Positions 1 through 24,245 of a DNA stretch of 64,000 nucleotides are shown here, piece after piece. A program made the position numbers and the translations under genes. Under the pieces are notes generated by a model, which was not told where the DNA came from, did not search any database, and saw only the letters and a list, made by a program, of their open reading frames with translations. The stretch comes from Yuukianura sp. NJ FZ-2021 (Eukaryota): NCBI GenBank assembly GCA_046563655.1, contig CM102285.1, positions 12,338,001-12,402,000 on the forward strand, written 5' to 3'. Within the stretch, counting starts at the first letter, position 1; each line of letters opens with the position of its first letter.

Positions 1-1459
1 TCTTTGCAAAATAAACAGCCGAATTCAACAAACACATCGCCACTTTCACTCTCACGCCTCTCGAAATTCGAAAGTTGATGGTTCTAAGGAAATTATTTTT
101 AGGATTTCTCATTTAAGCTGTAAGAGATTTCTCCGAAATTTACGATCCCGCAAGTTCCAGCCTCTTGAAATCCTAGTTGATGCCTCAGCCTAGCTAAGTT
201 CAGACCCCGCCAATTCCAGTCTCCGTTTCCATTTGAATGCCGTTAAGTAATGGGTGATACCACGCTAAAAACCTTTAGTCAATTTCCTCTCAGGATTCGT
301 AGATTTAGGGAGAGAAACGTAGACCTAACAGGAACACGGGGAGAAAGGCGTGTCAAGCCAAAAAGGCTATGACTTTAAGTTGGTTCTAGTGGAGCGAACA
401 GTGTTCTGGCTCGTTGAATTGCCGCCTGCTAAGGTGATGATAAATGCGAATCCGCCTCAACTCATTTTCGGATAGCACGAAAAATCATGAAATGACGCAA
501 ACGCATTACCTTAAGTGCAACTTTTAAAAGAAAGTAGCAAGTATAATGCTACTCACTTTCTCCCGTTACTATTCTAAAAGAAACGTAATCAGAAATTGTG
601 TTCATGAAATTCCCTTAAGCTGTACAGTGCCCTGGCCCTATTACCTTCTAAAGCTTATCTAACTCAGACTGTCATGTTGCGGTTTTACACCGAAAGCCAC
701 TAAAACACTGCCCAAAACGCAAACAAAAATTATCAACAAAAATTACGTCCACAAAATTTCCCTAAACAAACAACAACAAAACATCCGACACAAAATTGCA
801 CAAAATCAGTCAACAACTAAACAGAATTTCACAGTTTTGCATCAACGTCACTTCATTTAAACTCCGAATTCCGTTATATGACACAGATTTTCGAAGCAGT
901 TATCAATTCACGAAAACTTTGAGAAAATTGACTTAATTTTCCCCTAAACTTTTTCTATGTGTTTTTCTTTTTTTGCTCAAAAACTTGTCAAATTCTGATG
1001 CCAATTTGTGTCTTTGAAATGCTTGTAAAAATGTGTTGATGAAATTTACGCAGACCTTTTTGTTTTAGTTAGCGAACTCTGGTGACGAAAACTTGCCATC
1101 TACACTCCCTCAAAATGTTCAATTACATTGTATCATGCTGTGAAACACTTAAAGAACCTTAGCTTGTTAACTTTCCTGCACAAAATGATAGAACAACTTA
1201 TGGGAATTGCAAACTTTTTACACTTACAAAGAATATAGGCTGCCTATTTTCCTTCCCTACTGCGAAAGAATCGACACAACTAATCCTGCTTTCTCCATTC
1301 CTTCAACTTTCAATTTCAATTGAAGTGACTACGTGATCCTCAACTAAGCCACCACGTTACCCCATATCCCCCTTCATTTGGAACCAACTCCAACATTCAC
1401 TTATACTCCCCAGCATCCAGCAGTACATACGACAATTTTTAGCGGATCAATGACTTTAC

Positions 1460-11220
<9,761 letters not shown>

Positions 11221-14200
11221 TTAATAACACTATCACTGTCACTTGGTCCTGTGGCCATCAAGACTAAAGGTTAGCGTTGTGTCCTCAAACTTTTCCTGGC
11301 CGTGGTAGTTCCAAAACTGAGTCTGAAATTCTTGATGCGAGACTCCGAATTCGGAGGCAGGCGGAATTAAGTCTAAAGTGCAGCAACGGGAGCAGAGAGA
11401 GTCACATTCTCCAAACAGTCATGTTTTGCCAACCTCCTTTTTTCTTAAATGGCAACGTCTGTCTTGAACCACGCGAAGAGACGAAGATTTTTTAGCGGAG
11501 CTCCACCGAACAACTTTTGTTTTTTGGCAATCAGTGCCAAAATTATTCATTCGGGATGTTCAGCCCATGGTGGAAGAAGACTGGGGGAAAAACGGCTAGG
11601 ATTTTTGCCAGTTTAGTTTCTAGACACCGAATTCGGATTCCTTGGTGAGGTTTAGGTGCCTATAGCATGATCATCGCCAGAGTCGAAGGAACTTTGGTCT
11701 GGGCATGGAGATGAGGTATGACGACGAGCCGGCGGCAACTTCCCTCCCGGTTACAAGGAGGTTTGGAACGTCCGGGACCATGATGCTGATGCTTGATGCT
11801 GGGTGATGCTGAGCCTCTGTTCCAATTATATCATCAACTTCCCCTCGTCTCTTCTTCTTCCTTCACCAAACACACAGGGAAAGCACACCTCCATCTCCTG
11901 AACAGAAATGAATTTGGAAATGGCACTGGAAGAATCGTTTTGAAGATGCTCCGGAAAAGAATTTGTACTTTTTAAGCATCGTTTCATCAATCGGATAGTT
12001 CTGGATACTTCTTTCTCTTCATGTCCTAAACCAATAAACAATTAAAATGAGCCAATCAATGATCATGTTACAATTGTTATGCTGGAGAAATGATCAAAAG
12101 AACCAAAATAAAGTTTCAAAATTTTAGATAAATTGGAAAAATAGTCACTACCAATTAAAACACTCACTCAAATTTCCACGCCATTCGCAACTTTTTTAAA
12201 TACTGTCTTCCAAGAAACAAGGCATTGTGCTTAAGTTTTGTCGGTTTTGTCCTATTGTTATTTGCCAAAATCGAAAATTTGAAATTTCAAAAATTGTAGT
12301 AAAAAGATGACCGTCTTTTCAAAAATTCAAACGTAGCAACGTTTTTTCAAACACTTTAAAAAAATTGAAAACAAACGCAAATTTTCCTGGAAATTCTTAT
12401 AAAACAAAGTTCGAATTTTACGAAAAAAGTTCAAAAACTTGCAAAATTGGTCTCTCAGTACACAATCAAAACGTTTCGTTTGTCTTTTATAAACGAACAC
12501 GCTTGGATTTGTTTTAGAACAAACTTTCCAACTAAAATCGTTCTGCATTTGCAAAAGAACTTAATAGCAAAGGCTTACAATTTTTTGTCTTGGTTATTTG
12601 AACAGTAAAGTGGTGAGAAAATCTTCTTTTTGTTTTTGGAACGTGTAAAAGTTGTGAAGAAGAAAAAGAGAAAGGAAGAGACGCTAAAGAAGAAGATCTT
12701 CTCTCTCCATTGCCCCGACTTTTTATGTTTCTCAAATCCCCGAATCCGGGAACTAAAACCCGCCTGAGAGCAACCCCGAAATTCCACAAGGCATACCAAA
12801 ACTCTTTTTTTCGGGTATTTCCATAAGACATGCGCTTCCAAACTTCTCACTTTACTCGCACCTTAACAACAATGTTTCCTCAACGCAAGGTTTTCATCTG
12901 CGTCATTGTTGTTGCAAAAAAATTCATTTGAATAAAATATAATTAAATCTTATACAAATCATAACCATTCATCTTCCTTCTTTTCCCCCAAAATGCAAAT
13001 TTTACAAATAAAGCAACTCATCTTCATCTTGTGTAACCTTGCATCCTTAAAGTAACTTTTTGACAAAAGTGCCAAAAAGTAAGGATCAGGTCACGAGGTC
13101 ATTGTTAATTTTCTGGTTATATGCAGAAAAAAGATGAAGATACACAAAAAAAAATCCTTTGCATATCTCATTACATCTTTGCATCACCCAATTATCGTTT
13201 CTAGGAATCAAACGATCTTCCTGCCAAGGAGAACTACTAATACGACCATGTTGTGTCACTCACGACGTTAAATGAAGCAAGGAAACAAGTTAAAAGTAAT
13301 TCAAAAGTTAACATTTTAGTGTCTACCCCTCTGAGCAATTAATAACACCCCTTCAAAACCACTTTACACGCGTAAACTTCACTCATTGTCTCTTTTCAAC
13401 TGCCTTTCAAGAATTCTCGAGAATAACCAAAACCTATTAAATTTACATAAATTGCATTTGTACAGTTACAGTTACGTAGGCGGAAGATTTCTTGCGATTT
13501 CTTCAAAATCGACTGTAAAAGAGTTACATTTTGTGCTAATTTACACAACTTTATTACGTTATACCGAATGTACTAAAAAGAACCAACTGATGAATGCAAG
13601 TGTGAATCATTTGCTTTGCCAAATTGCATCTCAAGAGTTATGTTCCGTGTGCTTATGTCACTCTAATGATGATTTGCAGTATTTGAGTTGCAGATTGCAA
13701 ATTATTTTTAACTAACAAGTCCATTTCTTTCTACTGCTAACGATGGAACAGACAAAATTTCACTTCAGTACGCTGCATTTCTGCAAATCTTTTGCACGTT
13801 TTGAAAATTACAAACCTAAAATCAATGAAATTGAAAAAGAAATTTTGGGGGTTCTTACTAAATAACTAAATAACAAAAAATGGGGATATTTAATTCAATA
13901 ACAGAAAAAGTAGAGATTTTAATTAAATAACACACAAAAGTGGGGATTTTTATAAATGCAATAACAAAATGCATTTTTGAAAGTTCAATTGAAAAGTTAA
14001 TTATAGCAATTACGGATCATGTTTTTTCTTTGTCCTATCAAAATTGAAATGAAATCATAGTTATTTTGTCTAGTCAGACAGATGCAGTTCACCTTGTAAC
14101 TGACACCTTAGTCATAAATCCCACTATGTCCTGATCTTCCCTAACCCCTAAGGGCATCAACTTGCACTTAGAAGTCTCTACAATTCGCAAGTGCAAAAAA

Positions 14201-14581
14201 GTGTCGATACATCTTAATTGGTTTAGTTAATGCCTAAGGTTTCCAATTTAACGCTCTTAAAAGTACAAATGTAAAAGAGGCTATTGGATTCAAGGAGTAC
14301 TTGAAAGATTTTTTGGATGTACGCCTCTTGAATGGGACGAGCCTAATAATGTCCCCACAAGACACACTCCAAAATTCGCAAATTGCAAAGTATCGCTTTT
14401 CCTTTTCCCCATTTTTTGCAAATTTGGTTAACTGAATCTCCTGCAATCAAGATTTGGAGATTCAACAAAGGGAGAATCCGTCCTTCACAAAATTGTGTTT
14501 AAAAAGAAGACACGAGGCCCTTGGAAGGCATCACTCTCATCTTGACTCTTCCTTTCAGTGGACCACTTTAGGAAACTCAAC

Positions 14582-15334
14582 ATGAATCTTATCACGGTAA
14601 GTTACCAATTCTTGATTTAAATTGGCAAAGTACATCAAAAACATAGCTTGCAATTTCGAAGCATTTTTGAAATTCGAATTTCGATTTCTAAATAAAAAAA
14701 ATTTTGAATTTCCAAAAAAAAAAATAAGACCGAATATTGGAATTCGAATCCAAATTCCAATTTGCGACCCCTACAGACGCCCAGGAAGCAAATTTTGGGA
14801 AACACATTAAAAATTAACTAATGAAATTTATAGATCGTGGGGCTTACCGTAGCAATGGCTGCTCTGTCGTCCGCCCGTCCACAGGGCTTTGGATTTGACG
14901 ACTCCCAGGCTGCTTACCGTGGAGCCGGACCTCTGTCGGTAAACTGCCAGCCTCAGGAAGTATCTCCAGGCGTCTACAAGTTCAACTGCGTAGGAGTTAA
15001 CCCCAAAGACATCACCCTCAGTTCTGAACACATTCTGTGGCTCCGCGGAGCCGACGGAGAGGCTCAGCAATTGGACATTGTTGTGCCCAACTACCGAGTA
15101 GAAGAGCTGATCCGAGCGGCCCTTAAGGCTTCCAAGGGAGGATCTACAAACATTAACATTCTGCTTAAGAAACCAGACACCGTGTACGATGTTCAAGCTC
15201 AAGAAGGTGGACAAATACCAGGGGCCAAACCACAGGTTAACTTGCAGTATGAACAGGTTGACCGACCAGTCTCTCTCCATTACCCCACCGACAAGCAGTA
15301 CAGCCCTCTGTCTGGACCAATCCGAGAACCTTAA
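14582..15334 (+). CDS. Secreted Tweedle/DUF243-like cuticle protein (~171 aa; exons 14582-14596, 14834-15334)
   Basis: Short first exon MNLIT plus signal peptide IVGLTVAMAALSSA-RPQ. Blocks HILWLRGA, TNINILLKKPD and KPQVNLQY resemble the Tweedle blocks FIKAP, KTxxYVLxKKP and KPEVxFxKY. Confidence 0.65.
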
Positions 15335-17775
15335 ATTGCCAAACCAAAGTGGAAACATTAATATTTTTTATACAGATCAAAAAATTTTTGGAAAAACAAA
15401 ATTACTCAAACTATCTTCATGTTTATCCAATAAATTATGGCCAATCCTTGATCAAGCAATCAAAAAGTGAAATTAGAAGCTCAAAATTAAAAAAAAAGCA
15501 AATCCAACATCTTATAAAATTAAAAAAAAAAGCGTTTAGCATCATAAACTATTTCTTAAAAAATTCACAATTTTGTTGACGTAGTAAACAGATACACAGA
15601 ACTACATCAGCAAGCGCAAACTAAATAAAAAGGCAAAGTTATAACATTTTTAATTCCGAGCGGCGTCGAAGCAAACAAAAAATTGATGCAAAATTGGCGT
15701 TTTTGTTCCTTTTTTTTTTCAAAATTTTTTTCTTTTTAAATAATAGCAATTTTTTGAGCAGTAAAATTCGACCTGCTCCTGCAGACCTAATTTGAAACAA
15801 GTTATCATGGATTTGGCTCGTGCAAAAACTACTAATTCGCAAATGAGACAGTAGTTTTGGATGAATTAAAGGAAAACATATTATCACATGAAATATCACT
15901 TCTAGTCCGTTGTGTCTCAAATCTGGACTAGTGACCCTTGGCCTCTTTCAATAAATCACAACTTTACGATTGCTTTTAAAAAACAAAGTGACACATCAAT
16001 GGTCCTGCTTATAATTTGACCTTGTAAAATTATACACCGTGTTGCGTAAGTAAAGCAAATACTAGTTAATTACAGGTGTTAACTATGCTTAAGAAGCTTA
16101 AACAAAATAAATACTGTTTAAATGACCAAGGAAATTTCATGCGACAACTCGTTTCTCAGATATGCACAAATTGCAGAAATTAAAAAATTTAAAAAAAAAA
16201 AAGACTTGCACAAAGCATTTGATCCATAAAAAACGAAAATTAATAAAATACAAATTTCCAGATGCAAAAACCATTTAAGAAATTAATTGCCAATTTTCGT
16301 CAACCAAAAATCTAACTATTGGTTAGTAAGGTCAAAGCGTATGAAATTTAACGCATGCTGTTGCGAATACTTGCGCAAATGCAAGATACAGTTAAGCCAA
16401 AGCTAATACTAAAAGCAGCAATCCAAATCTCAGAAGCTAGTTTAGGTTAAACTGCGACCTAAGTCTAAAGTGTCATCAAGCAGAAAATTAATTGTTTTGT
16501 TGAATATTTGAAATTTTGGGCATTTTGAATCCATTTGAAAAATAATTCAGCTCAGCAAACATGCTTTTTAAAGTTTTTAAGTTTGCGGGATGATTTGCAG
16601 TCATGAAGATACTGTCATGTTTTCAAAATTCAGCAAATTTTTTCCAAAATTCGTATAAAAGATTTCCAGTACGCAGTATAATTCGTCAGTTGGCGCGCAA
16701 ATTCTTAGCTTTCAAGGAAAGAGCGTCAATGGCAAATTCCTTTTAGTCCATGACGTCCACCATTAATGCGTTCTGCGAACTTGTAACAAGATGCCTCAAT
16801 TGCTTCGAATAATTTTTGTTACTAAAAAAAATTAAACACCCAAAGCTGTTTACGAGTAACTGAATGATAACTGAACGGATAACCCAGTCTGATCTTTCAG
16901 GAAATGAAGCGGAAAAATGTGGTTCAACTTTGACATTCCTAGTCCTAGTAAAAAAGAAAACTTCTGAGTATTTTCCTCGTTTGCCTAGAAAGATTTGTGT
17001 TAATTGTAATTAAGAGTGTTTACAAAACACTTTTAATTACGTAGATTGCTACAAATTAATGTGGATTGAGAAAGATGGAAAGTCCCAACATGAAATGTGT
17101 TTATGAGACGTGTGGCCTTAATAGTCACCTCGTCTAGCGCATTTCTCTCACTTTTGAAGTCCACTTCCATCTCCAAACTCTTGGAAAGATGATTGATGAT
17201 CACTTTTAGTAGTTAGTGATAACTTCTGAATCAAATTTCATCATATTATTTTTCGGCTTTTTGTGATGTGAATTTTTTCACAAACTGCGGATAAGCTTTT
17301 CAGTAGCAAAAAACCATTGAGGAGGCATATATTATGACAGCCTCGGACTCGAAACGAGATCAGTTCTTAAAGCAATTCAAGTACCGTTTGACTCTCGAAG
17401 CAAAAAGGTCACGAGAAAAGCAAAACCAGAAGTTAAAACTAAAAAGCTTACCACACTTACAGATTAAGTGCTGGAAGAAAGTGGCAAAAAGGAAGAAGCC
17501 ATAAAACTGCAATCCAAACTCACGTACATTTTTCCATAAAGTCTTCTCGTCATTACTATTAAAAGTGCAAACGAAACCTTTCAAATGGTCAAATTTTGGA
17601 CTAAAATATCAAAGTGGAAATTTTTCAGTGACAAAAAAAGTTAAAATTATCATTTAAAGCCAGCAGATACGCAGAAAAAGCGGCAAACGAAGAGGAAGAC
17701 AAGCAAAGTCGTGGGCACAAGTGAAAGTTAAAGCAGAAAAAGAAAGTTGTTGAAAAATTTCCTCACAAAACGAAA

Positions 17776-18805
17776 ATGAATACGACGTTTAAACTACAGG
17801 TACTAACAGGCGAGGCGAAATTCTAATAAAAAAACTAAATACTGTACTTAAAAAAACGCTTTAAAAAACATCAAAATTTTAAGAACTGCTAATCTAAAAA
17901 CACTTTTTCAAAAATTCAAAAATTTCACAGCTTTCACTTATTGGGGCCAAAGTGAAACAAGCGTTTATATCAAGTTGTCCGATTGACATCAGAGCCAACA
18001 GCCTTTCGAGCGCTGATTTGCGGCCCTTCAGCTCCCTTCCAGCCAATCCCAAGGGCTACTCGCCTGGAAGTGACAATGGCGACGACGCCTTAAGCGATTC
18101 CAGTTCATTGGGTAGCAATTTACCAGTGTTCAGCCTCAAAGAAGTTCTCATGCATGATACCCCCGATGACTGCTGGATCATCATCTACGACAGAGTGTAT
18201 GACCTCACAGATTTCTTGTACAAGGTAACCCCGAACTTAAAAAATTAGAGTAAAAAACTCGAAAAAATAATTTACACACCTAGTTTTAGTTTTAATTTGG
18301 AATGCTACAGATAGGGGTGTAAATGCGTCCACGATTTCGTATTTCGACGGATGTTGAATCTGAAATCCGAATTTAAATCCGGATTTCAGAATAGTACATA
18401 CGATTTGGCATAGAATTTTTTTTGTTTGGGATTTTCAAAATCCAAAACTGGGACGAAAAATCCGCCGAAATCAAAATAAAAATCCGGATTGAATTTTTTC
18501 AAAATCCGGTTTTCGAGGAATCCGAATCCGAATCCGCTAATCCGGAATAAAAATCCGGATTTACACCCCTAGCTCTAGACTTATGTTCTGGCAGAGCTTT
18601 GACCTTTGACCTTTTTTCACTTTAGCACCCTGGCGGAGATGACATTTTACTAGAGTATGCTGGGCGTGACGGTACTTTGGCCTTCCGAAGTGTAGGTCAT
18701 AGTCAACTGGCTGAGGCAGCCCTTGACCCCTACCTCATTGGAGTACTACAGGACAAAGATCGACTGTGGATTGACCACTGGGGACTCAGGCGTAGCTCTC
18801 GTTGA
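17776..18805 (+). CDS. Cytochrome b5-like heme-binding protein (exons 17776-17799, 17931-18224, 18626-18805), no C-terminal TM anchor
   Basis: FSLKEVLMHDTPDDCWIIIYDRVYDLTDFLYK|HPGGDDILLEYAGRDGTLAFRSVGHS contains both heme-ligand histidines (HPGG, GHS). Confidence 0.9.
18312..18571. mobile_element. Non-autonomous hAT-like MITE in cytochrome b5 intron 2
   Basis: 13-bp perfect TIRs TAGGGGTGTAAAT/ATTTACACCCCTA. Flanks GCTACAGA/GCTCTAGA (6/8 match) look like a decayed 8-bp TSD. Many internal AAATCCGGA-type subterminal repeats. Confidence 0.75.
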
Positions 18806-19486
18806 AAAACAACTAACCTCAGCATTTGAAGATGGAAATCACAAGTAGTAAATTAAAATTTCAGTTTAGGTAAAATTTTAATTTTAATTTTACAGTATGT
18901 GATTCAGCAGTGTCGTCAGACTTCCGTATATCTTAGTATTTCAACTGAGTGTTCACTAGCTCTTTGTCAAATTAGTTTGCAAATTTTGCATATCCTTTTT
19001 TTTTACTTAAGCTAAGTAATTGTAGTAGTAATTAACTTGATTATTTTATAACATATACCTCATATACTTAATAAATTCATAATAAACAAGTAAAAAATCA
19101 TTACATTTTTAACCCATGTCTAACAAATCATAAATCCTACCACGCAATCACTTTGACAGAGTTAAAAAACGAAAATGCCTTTTTTGCAAATCTGGCAGTT
19201 TGGAAAACTTTAAAGTAATGCTGACACTATGACTATACTAAACTAGAATTAATTAAACTTCCCAGAGAGTTCCTCAAAAAATTCTAAAAATGAAATAAAA
19301 AGAGATGACAGCAGCAAAGCTAAAGCTTAGAAGTATCAAAAATTAAGAGCCACGCCTACCGCTCACGCCACGAAATAGGAGATGACCGTAGAAAACAAGA
19401 TTAGGAAAATCGAGAAGAAAAATAAGCTGTATAGATAAAGGATGGCATAAAAGGATAAATCGCTGCAAAATTTTGTGGGGGTCAAT

Positions 19487-21375
19487 TCAGTGCTTAATAT
19501 AAGAATATCCAGCCCAGAAAGTTAGCAGAATAACAATTAATTTCGCATTGGGTAAAATGGTTCTTCGACTTACTTTTGGAATATATCCGCCAGTCATCAG
19601 TAGTACAAACCATGCTCCAATGTAGTAGAAGTGTATTACAGTTGTTTCTGTTGGTAAATAGCATTTGGATAGGTCGAAAGTGTCCTTCGTGAAGTGACCC
19701 TGGACAAAAACAAAAACAAATAACAGTGTCAACGTCAAGAATTGCATGAAAATCAACAATAATCATATAAATCCTGCATATTTGTCTGTCACTAACCAGG
19801 AAAAAGCTAGGATTATCACGATTTCTCCAACTGAATGATGGGACGGAATATTCTGGAACCGTAGAGATTGAAGAATCACTGTCAAAGGTCACAGGGTGAT
19901 GGAACAAACAACCATGGTGGGTGTGTCCAGAAAGGACCAATCTGGGCTCAAACTTTTTAAGTAGAAGTTGACTAGAGGATGAGGAAATGCAGTCCATTTT
20001 TTCACGAAATGGCACATCCTTCTCTTTTTCTGGAGCTGCGTCGTCTCCTGTACAACTCTGATCGGATTTTCGATACAGAGGAAAATGCTGGAATGAAAAC
20101 AAAATTTGATTGTTAACTTTGAACCACATAACCATACCATAAGCATCTTGCGAAAAGTTTGATAGTGCTTACCTGTAATAGAATGGGACGACTGTAGACT
20201 TTCACATTAGAAGCACAATCTGTTCTAGTTCTTTCGCAATCCAGGTCTCCTAAAATTCGAACCAAATAAGCATTCGAAGTTTTGAAAACTGACTTCCAAG
20301 ATAGCAATCAAAATCAATGAGGTGGGAACTAACCAGAAATTTTCAAGATTCGTTTCAACGCTGGTTTGCACAAGAAACATCCATCTTGTTCCATAGCCAT
20401 ACTGTTGATGAGGATAAAGTTGTTGTCTTTTAAACGAATCCGGCGTATTGCTGAGGAATTGAAGGCACGTTCGAATCTGTTCTTCAGTGTTGGATTTATC
20501 CTATTGAATACAAAGCAGAAGTTTTTAAATTCAGCTCTACGGTACTCGCATGGGATTCTAGATCTTAAAAGTACCAGTAATGAAATCCAATGTCATGATT
20601 CCCAACAATGATGTAACTCTTCGTGGCAGGAGGGACACTGAACAGCTCATAAAAGCGACTGACGTAACCACTAAAATAAACGTTCGACACAATCTCGCCT
20701 TCGTCGAAGATGTCACCTGTTAATGAAAAGAAAAACCGAAAATTAGACATTATTGACAACAACTTCCTCTTCCTAACAGAACTAAAGTTTAGATTACGGT
20801 TACGGAAGACCTCTTACCCAGGAAGAACACAACTTCGGGATTGAAAATTTGGATGGCAGTTTGAAAACTTCGGTACATTTGCCACTCCCTGTATTTCAAA
20901 ACAGAAACAGCTAGTAAACTAAATGAAGTGGAAGCAATTCAATAATTAACGTTGAGTTTTTCGTTCGTTTATCTTCGATCTAATAGTCTTAGTATGTCCA
21001 TATGTCCATGTCGTACCTCCTCAGCTTGTCAAACCAATGACCACGTACAGGACCAAGCAAGTGAGTGTCCGCCACAAACATGGCTGTAAGGATACGGCTA
21101 CTTTCAGCTCCATCACCGCTCAAATCCGAGTTCCGTTCCGACGAGCCAGGCCATGAACACTGCAAACCGAATTCAACGACAAAGAACTTTGTAAAACACC
21201 GATCAGCATCAAAAATCCACTCACTAACTTCTTTTCGTATTTTATGCACCAATTACGAATGGATTTGATCGCATTTTACCTGAAATATAGCAACGTAGTA
21301 GACTGCAAATTCACAAAACAAAAACAGCGCAAAGGTCAACAAGCAAAAAACCTTCAACCTTCTCTTGATCCTCAT
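19487..21375 (-). CDS. MPPE1: Metallophosphoesterase 1 (MPPE1/PGAP5), 8 exons; 3' end uncertain
   Basis: N-terminal TM (FCEFAVYY), ADTHLLG...[42 protein letters not shown]-terminal TM. Exons join in frame with GT-AG introns. Confidence 0.92.
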
Positions 21376-22020
21376 AATCGCTTAATACAGACACAGAAAC
21401 TGTTGAATTCAACAAAGTACATCAATTTCAACACCTCGCACTACCTTAACTAAGAATTAACAACTAATTAACCTGTAACTAACATTTATGAAGAAATTGT
21501 TTACCTTTTTCATTGAAATCAGCTGAGTGAGTGACTAACTGTAAATTTACCGCTGCACTCTTTTCAAACGGAGAGAAAAAAATAACAACAAACACGTACT
21601 AACAGCGGGAATTATTTTAAAAACTTATGACTTTTCACGATTGATTTTTTTGTCAGGAGAAGAGCAGGGTTGATACTAAGTTTGGCATCTCAACAAGCTG
21701 GAAAGGAATCAATTGAACTAATTAATTGGGTTAATTAGTTAATTTCTTTTTTCTTACTTCTTCCACCTTGTGATTTCGTTTCGGTGAAGCTTTATTCGTA
21801 CTGCTGGAGAAGGCAAGCTACTAATCTTGGAATGCTTTCTTTCATTTCTTCGTACTTTTTTTAGGAAATACGAATACGATTACAATTTCGGGCATGGAAA
21901 TTAGTTTTTAATTGAATCGTTTCGTTACCTTTTAGATCGGTCGCTACAGCTTTGCAGATCCTGCCCTGAGTTAATGCTCGATACTACGGGTGGTACCGCT
22001 GACCTTTGACACTTAGAGCG

Positions 22021-23823
22021 ATGTCTGAAAATTTTGGAAAGATTAATTTCCCAGTGTATGCTGTGGCCCCGTTATCTTGCAACCATGTCATTGTAGCTGG
22101 AGGTGGAGGATCCAGCAACACTGGTGTTTTCAATGGATTTGTAAGTTGGCTGATCAATCAAATATGGAGGACAACGTTCCTTGATGTATTCATTGTCGTG
22201 TTGATGTCGCAGGCAGTAATGGAGATTGGATACGAAAACAACGAATATGTGGCCTACGAAGTACAGCGACACAGCACCAGCTCGTCAGCAGTTATGAATT
22301 GTGCCGTGGGTTCACTAAATAATGGAAAACGAATGTTTCTTGCTGCTGGACAAGAAGAAAATTGTCATGTTTATCAACTCCGCCTTGGCACAAAAGGTAC
22401 TCCAAAAGAACAGGAAGTTAGCGCTGCAGCTACTGGCAGTAGTGGTAAGTTTTAGTTCTAAATCTCTAGTATCATTGTCGCAAACTAATCCATCGTTTGA
22501 TTGCAGATGACACATCGCCTGAGTCTAATATGAGGAAGCGGAAGGGTAGTGGCCTTACCAATGGTGAAGCTTCGAAAAAGACAACACCAGTGAAACGGAG
22601 TGCAGAAAACACGGAATTCGTATTCGATATCAAGGCTTTGGAGTTCGCACAAACAGATTTTAGGCAAGTATCGGTGATACTGTATCACTTACTTACTCCA
22701 AGTATTATGTAAACTCGCGGCTCCACCTAACCATTGAATGCTATCGTTTAGTCCTAAAGATCCCTGCCAGAACACAGTCGTTTTCAGTCAAGATTCGCGT
22801 TTGGTTCTGACTGGCGGAGCTGACGGTTTTCTACGCATATGGAACTTTCCCGAGATGAAGGTCAAGTCCAAAATTGAAATATCCAAGAAGGAAATCGCGG
22901 ATATCGATATAAGCGCAGACAAGAAATACGTAATTAGAAAAAAGGATTCGGATTTTGAACTTCTGAATTACGTTAATACAGATTAATTTTCCCAATTAGG
23001 TTTCTTGCGTATCGAAGGATGGGAAATGCAAAATCTGGAATGTCGCTGATGGAAAACTAAATTGCAGCTTGGATTTGCCAGCCGAAGATGAACAGAGATT
23101 TATGTACAAACGCTGCAAGTAAGGCCAGTACAAATGTTTCTCTCAACGAGAAACGCTGCTTTACTTGTTCTACACTTAACGCTTTATGTTTCAAAGGTTT
23201 GGAGTTGTAGAAGACAAGCGTAATACGGACCGTGTGTTTGTCATTGTGAATCCAAAGAATTACAAAAAGGACAAATCGTACATTCAGCACTGGACTGGAC
23301 CATTGTTTTCATTGACAAAAGTTGCAGCAGTGGGAGAAACTTTATCAGCACTAGCAGTTAGTCGTTGTGGAAAGTATTTGGCTGTGGGATCAATGTCAAA
23401 TGGTGACATTGACATTTACATCAGTTTCAGCCTTCAGGTACTTCATCATTTTAATAAGTTAACAAAACCAATTAAACTTTCTGAAAAACGTTGTCCCACT
23501 TCAAATGTTTGCAGCGTCTCAAGCATATCCCACAAGTTCACAAGACATTCGTCACTGGCCTTACATTCCTACCACCAGCTCAGCCTAATGAAGAGTCAGT
23601 ACTGGCTAACTGTGATGCAGCAGTGGTTAGCATTTCAATTGATAACCAGATCAAGGTTCACTGCATTGAGAAAACCGGTAAGGTGATGCCCAGACCAACG
23701 TTATTTAAGAAAATTCTAAATCTGGTTTTGATTTCAGTTGGCGTTTCAATGTGGTTAGCTGTTGTCCTAGTCATAATTGTGCTCGTGGGAACCTTCATCA
23801 TGTGCAGTTACTTTGACTTGTAA
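22021..23823 (+). CDS. PREB: Prolactin regulatory element-binding protein / SEC12 (Sar1 GEF), multi-exon WD40 protein with C-terminal TM
   Basis: NFPVYAV...VAGGGGSSNTG (Sec12 K-loop), QTDF, TGGADGFLRIW, HKTFVTGLTF, SISIDNQ and a terminal hydrophobic helix. Confidence 0.88.
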
Positions 23824-24245
23824 TGAATCAAGCTACTGAATTGTGTCACTGAAGTGCTGAAGGTTAGTTGGACATGCTGACCGGTGATTTGTTTTCTTTA
23901 CGAATTTCTTCGAAGAAAGACAGAACACTGAACACGCCGTCAAATATTGAATATTTTTTGCACTTATTACTCAATATCGCAAAAATTATGTAACACTGCA
24001 GGTTATTGAACAAAGTAATCATGAATTTGAAGTGTGTTAGGGAAAGTATGAAATAAACCTCAAATCATAATCATGGATTACTTCTGACTTTAATTGTTGC
24101 GCGTAATTTATCGTTCCTTTAATGGAGCGGTGTAAACCTTTTGATCTGACCTTGACCTTACTTTTAGTAGTATATTTCGGATATTACAGGCAGTTCTTAC
24201 CTTACCACTACAACTGCACAGTGACTAAGATGGTAGAAATGAAAC

